DNA from: Veleropilina oligotropha
Lineage: Eukaryota
Assembly (NCBI GenBank): GCA_048128005.1
Contig: JBEUKZ010000135.1
Coordinates: 124,001-188,000, forward strand
Reading direction: 5' to 3'
DNA: 64,000 nt
Shown here one piece after another: positions 58,791-64,000 of this stretch. Under the pieces are notes generated by a model. The model searched no databases. It was not told the DNA's origin and saw only the letters and a list, made by a program, of their open reading frames with translations. The stretch's first letter is position 1, and every line of letters begins with the position of its first letter. A program made the translations under genes and the position numbers.

Positions 58791-61700
58791 CCCCCAGTCG
58801 GTTAGGGGTTAGAATATGCCGACTGCTCTCCCTGCAGAGGGGTAAGATCCCCCCAAATGGGAGCCACCTGTTTGCCGTGGGTGGCGACCCGTGATGTTGG
58901 AGAAGAGGATCCTGGTAGTTGAGCTTCGGCCTCGGCTGAAGCAACACACTACTTTGGCCTCGGATTCAGCTAGACGGGAGGTCAGATAGGCCCTGTCTGA
59001 TCAATCGGCTTGTCACGTCAAGCCCTGGGATAATATATTTTAATAATATTACATTTATACATTTTAATCAAAACATTTTATGTAACAGATCATATACCAT
59101 CAATCGATCTATATCCCAGAAGGCGGTGGCTGAAGGGTCAATCAAGTGAGTAATGGATGGTGGGATACACATTTCCTACCACTACATTCATTATCTTATT
59201 TGAGTATATCACCCGGGTATCCCTGGCATTGGGTGCTGGAACTGCGCACCCATTAAAATGCCCTCTTGTTGGGCTCCGGGGTGGGCGGGGACCTCGGGTG
59301 ATGAAACTTAATACACAAAATATGGCAACTCCACACCCTCTTAAACGCCGAAACCATACAGCAGCAAAGCGACGGAATATATCCGTCGACTCTGTTTCTG
59401 ATGATGATGACGCTAAATTTTTGGCCGCTTTCCGGTCTACACCTTTTGATCCTGAGCTAGATGCTCCTTATAGACCTGACCCTCCACCAGTCGTACCGGA
59501 AAGCTGGCCCCGTTTTTTAACTGTGGAATCGTGCAATTCCAACACTCCAATCACTTCTCTGAGTCCGTTCGCCATATCCAAGGCCATTCTCGGCCTGGCT
59601 GGCGAACCACGATCCGTTAAAAAACTACGAGATGGCACACTACTGGTTGAATGCGCCAGAAAGAGCCATGCGGAAAACCTTCTTAGAACTGATACATTTG
59701 TTAATATTCCTGTAGTAATCAGACCGCATCGGTCTTTGAACAGCTCCAAGGGAGTTATTAGATCCAGGGACCTGCAGGGATGCAGTGAACCCGAACTGCT
59801 GGAAGGCATGGCTAGTCAGGGTGTAATCAAGGTTACACGCCTGACAATGTTCAAGGATGGGAAGAAAGTCCCCATCAACACCATCATCTTGGACTTCCGC
59901 CTTCCGGTGCTTCCGAAATATGTTAAAGCTGGTTACATCAACATCCCTGTAGAACCATACATTCCAAATCCCTTGAGATGCTTCAAATGCCAGGCATTTG
60001 GGCATCACAAAGACCGATGCAGAAGAAATCCCGCATGTGCTCGTTGTAGCGAAGAGGGTCATGACTCTGACTCTTGCTCCCAACAGCCTATGTGCACCAA
60101 TTGCAAGGGTAAGCACTGCGCTTACTCTAAGGACTGTCCGAAGTGGAAGCACGAGAAAGAGATCCAGAGGGTCAAGACCATCGACCGGATCTCTTTCCCG
60201 GATGCCAGGAAACTGGTGGAATCCCGCACTACTTCGGGCAGATTTCCTATGCTGCAATTGCTGCAGCACCGGAGCAAAAGCCGATCACTCGATCCTCTTC
60301 GACGCAAACTGACATTACCTGGCCATCTGGCAAACCATTCTTCAGTACGGTACCATCTCGAAACAAGTTAGCATCATCATCATCAGAATCAACACAAACT
60401 TCAAACAAAGCAATCAAACCAACTACTCACAACTCTAAAAAAGAGGCTGCTGCTGTTCGCAAGGCAGCAGCCATTAAAAACTGAACAATCAAGACAGACC
60501 GACAGCCCAAAGGGTCCGAGGACCCTATTAAGCTGCATAATCGCTTTGGTCACCTGATGGATACTAACGAACCATCAGATGACCAAATTGATAATACCGA
60601 CACGATTATAGAGGACCTCGCGTCCGAAATTGTTGCTGCTGCCATGAAGGGTGGGAAGGCGGCAGCAGACACATTACACCGGCAGACGGAGGAGAACCCC
60701 GAAATACCTGGGCCGCTTCCTCCTGCCAACGATCCAATGGAAAGCGATCAGCCATTGGATCGCCCGCACAAGCCAAAACCTCCCATCATGCCCGTACTTC
60801 CACCGAATAAATAGGCAAATTTTAACATAACATTACAAACAAATAACTTAATACACACACCATTAAACCAACATGTCAGGCACAATAATACAATGGAATT
60901 GTAGAGGCATTAAACCTAATATTGATGAGATCAGTCTATTAATTCAAGAACACAAACCAACAGCATTATGTCTTAATGAAACCTTCATGAAACTCACAGA
61001 CAACATACATATCAAAGACCACTCACTATACAATCACATTGTCACCACAGGTGACAAAGCAACAGGAGGGGTTTCAATCATTGTCAACAACAGAACACCG
61101 CACAGCCAGGTCAACTTAAGCACAACCTTACAGGCAGTAGCAGTGAAAATATCGACTCACCGAGTAATAACTATCTGCTCGGTATACTTACCACCTAGTA
61201 CAAACTTACGACCTACTGACCTTGACAATCTCATCAATCAGCTACCGACCCCATTTATATTGTGTGGCGATTGTAACGCCCACAGTACGGATTGGGGCGG
61301 TACTGATACAGATAAACGGGGACATCAAATAGAGGACTTTATTGGGAAACATAATCTGTGTTTATTTAATACTACCAAATCGCCAACATACATGCATCCA
61401 CCTACAGGCTCACTTACCACCATTGACCTTACCATGTGCGACCCATCTGCTTTCCTGGACTTTACTTGGAAAGTTGGTGAGGACCTCCGCGGAAGCGACC
61501 ACTTTCCAATTTTCCTGGAAAGCACAATTAACCAAGCACAAACATACACTGAAAGGTGGAAACTTTGCAAAGCTGATTGGCCAAGATTCCAATCCCTTTG
61601 CGAAGACCAATTACACTCAAACAACTTCACTAATGGCGATGACCCAATATCAAGTTTCTCTACGACATTACATGACATTGCAACACTCTCAATTCCAAAG

Positions 61701-64000
61701 ACCTGTCCAAATGCAAAACACAAAAGTAAACCTTGGTTTAATGAAGACTGCAGGCAAGCAATAAAAACACGCATACATGCAATTTCAACATTTAAACACA
61801 ACCCAACATTACAAAACCTTAATAGCTATAGGCTACTAAGGGCAAAAGCCAGACGTACCATCAAGCAAAGCAATAGGTTATCCTGGCATTCCTATGTTAC
61901 CAAACTAAACTCTCGTTCCACTATTAAAAAGACATGGGATATGATCCGTAAAATCAGCGGCAAACATATACCCAACTGCATCAAGTACATTAAAACAAAC
62001 ACCTCAGAAGCAACCTCAGCTAAAGACATTGCAAATACTTTGGCAGATACATTTTCTGCCAATTCATCATCCGATAACTGTACACCAAAATTTACCCGTT
62101 TCAAACATCAAAAGGAAAAAACAAGGCTAATCTTTAGATCTAACAATTCTGAATCATACAATCAACCATTTACACGCAAAGAACTCACAGATTCACTAAA
62201 CAAGGCACATGACACATCAGCTGGTCCTGATGATATACAATATCAGTTACTAAAGCACTTACCTGAAACATCACTTGCAATGGTGTCAGCTCGATCGGCT
62301 TCGAAAAGAAATTGCAATTGAAAAATTAAAAACTAGACGGTCTAATCAAAGGTTATTTTTATTTTACAAAATAGTAAATAATTTATGCCCACCGTACTTA
62401 TATACGCTTTTACCTCCTACTATAGGACAGCTATCCCAGTATACAACAAGAAACAGTAGGACATATGCTATCCCCTTGGCGCACACTGAATCCTATAAAA
62501 AATCTTTCTTCCCAGCGACAACAAACGACTGGAATAGATTACCAGCTGCTGTCAGGGAATCGGAATCATTGCAGATTTTCAAAAATAAATTTCGTAATCC
62601 AGAGCACAACGTCAATCATTTTGATTATGAACTTGATCGGAAGTCGGCAATTGCTCATTGTAGAATAAGAAATCAGTGTAGTTGCCTAAACTATGACTTA
62701 TATAGGATGAATATTATTAATAGCCCAGTATGCCTTTGTGGCTTCCCAATTGAAGACGCAAATCATTACTTTCTACACTGCCCGGAATATCACATCATTA
62801 GACAGATTATGCTTAAGGATATTGGAATTCTAACTCCAATAAATACAATTCTATTTGGAAGAAATGAACTCGACACCGCCAGCAATATCTCAATTTTCAA
62901 ATCGGACCAGAGTTTCATAAGAACATCTAACCGTTTTAATTAGTATCAAATTGTAAATATCTAAATAATAATAATAATAACGATATTTGCAAAGTGTGAT
63001 TCATAATTAGATTGGTAAATGTGTGCATTCAGTATACACCAATTATCGGTCAATAATAGTATCCATCCTTCTTTTATTTATTCATTTGAACCTATATCAC
63101 TTGCATAATTTTATATCCATATTATGTATTTTGTACACCACTTCTGTTACTTTGTGCATATTCCAACGGCGAGATGATTCCTATAGGCTTTGTCCTGTTT
63201 TAAAATCGCCATACTGTTAATATAGTTATACTTCAGTTATATATTATCCTCTGTAATAACTTAAATGTTATCTACTTTGTATACATATCTGCATTTGTAG
63301 TTACAATAAAATACGTTTAATCCAACTCTCCTTGCATTATTCAATACCATTTGGGAAACTGGAATCTTCCCATCCGCATGGAGGGAAGCTACCGTTATTC
63401 CAGTTCCCAAGGCAGGGAAAGATCCATCGCATGCAAACAGTTATCGACCTATAGCTCTGACGAGTTGTATTTGTAAAACCATGGAACGGATGATAAACGA
63501 GAGATTAGTTTGGTATCTTGAATCCAATAATTTATTAACATAATATCAAAGTGGATTCCGTAGGAACCGGAGCACAATTGATCATTTGGTACGTCTGGAA
63601 ACTTTTGTTCGTGAGGCCTTCTTAAACAGACAACACTTAGTTGCTGTTTTTTTCGATCTAGAGAAGGCCTACGATAGTACATGGAAGTACGGGATTATGA
63701 AAGATTTGTTTGATTTTGGCTTAAAGGGCAACTTGCCCACTTTTATCTCAAAATTCCTTGAGGACCGAATTTTTAAAGTCAAGGTGGGTGACACCCTCTC
63801 CGACCTTCACGACCAGGAGATGGGTGTCCCTCAAGGAAGTATTTTATCAGTCACCCTATTCAGTATTAAAATAAACAGTATTGTCAAATGTATTAGTACT
63901 GGCACTGACTGTTCATTATTTGTTGACGATTTTGGCATTTGCTATCGTTCAACAAATATGAACAGTATAGAACGCCAGTTACAACATGGCCTAAATAAAT
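58791..64000 (+). mobile_element. Nimb-like LINE copy E with intact 5' end; ORF1 59322-60814 frameshifted; ORF2 from 60873 interrupted; runs off the window
   Basis: 5' leader cccccagtcggttagggg, CCHC ORF1 and APE ORF. RT sequence resumes at ~63323 with a stop at 63541. Confidence 0.94.
62281..63322 (+). mobile_element. 5'-truncated CR1-group LINE (C-terminal CCHC region and 3' UTR) inserted in LINE E ORF2
   Basis: RR...RLFLFYKI, SFFPATTNDWNRLP, CLCG...E...H...C, and the 3' end aataaaatacgtttaa. The host sequence cttgcaa|ctctcc resumes after it, with caa duplicated. Confidence 0.82.

Noticed and set aside
58483..58947. 154-aa ORF spanning the LINE E 5' end
   Set aside because: Chance read-through from the antisense LINE leader into the inverted transposon block.

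Overview
This is eukaryotic, AT-rich repeat DNA, probably from a marine invertebrate (inferred from the repeat types). No intact host gene is recognisable. Most of the window is nested non-LTR retrotransposons. There are seven copies or fragments of one I-group/Nimb-like LINE family (CCHC ORF1; APE-RT-RNase H ORF2), plus CR1 elements, L2 remnants, a Tx1-type ORF1 fused in frame to a Nimb ORF1 tail, a decayed DNA-transposon-like block present three times, and an 18S rRNA 3'-end fragment. Nearly all retroelement coding copies at 1-42292 lie on the minus strand, and all those beyond 42293 lie on the plus strand. The most notable feature is a GC-richer, gene-dense ~11.3 kb endogenous Polinton-like virus segment (about 44215-55481, left arm missing). 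It encodes an SF1 helicase-HNH fusion, an rve integrase, an A32-type packaging ATPase, a probable double-jelly-roll major capsid protein, a frameshifted minor capsid gene and unusually many predicted membrane proteins. One two-TM protein carries PSAP and LYPxL late-domain motifs, with a PPPY motif reachable in the -1 frame after an A7 run. Another begins with an FENPAF sorting-type motif. Together these suggest (inference only) an ESCRT/membrane-dependent egress and entry module. All calls come from reading motifs by eye; no database searches were run.
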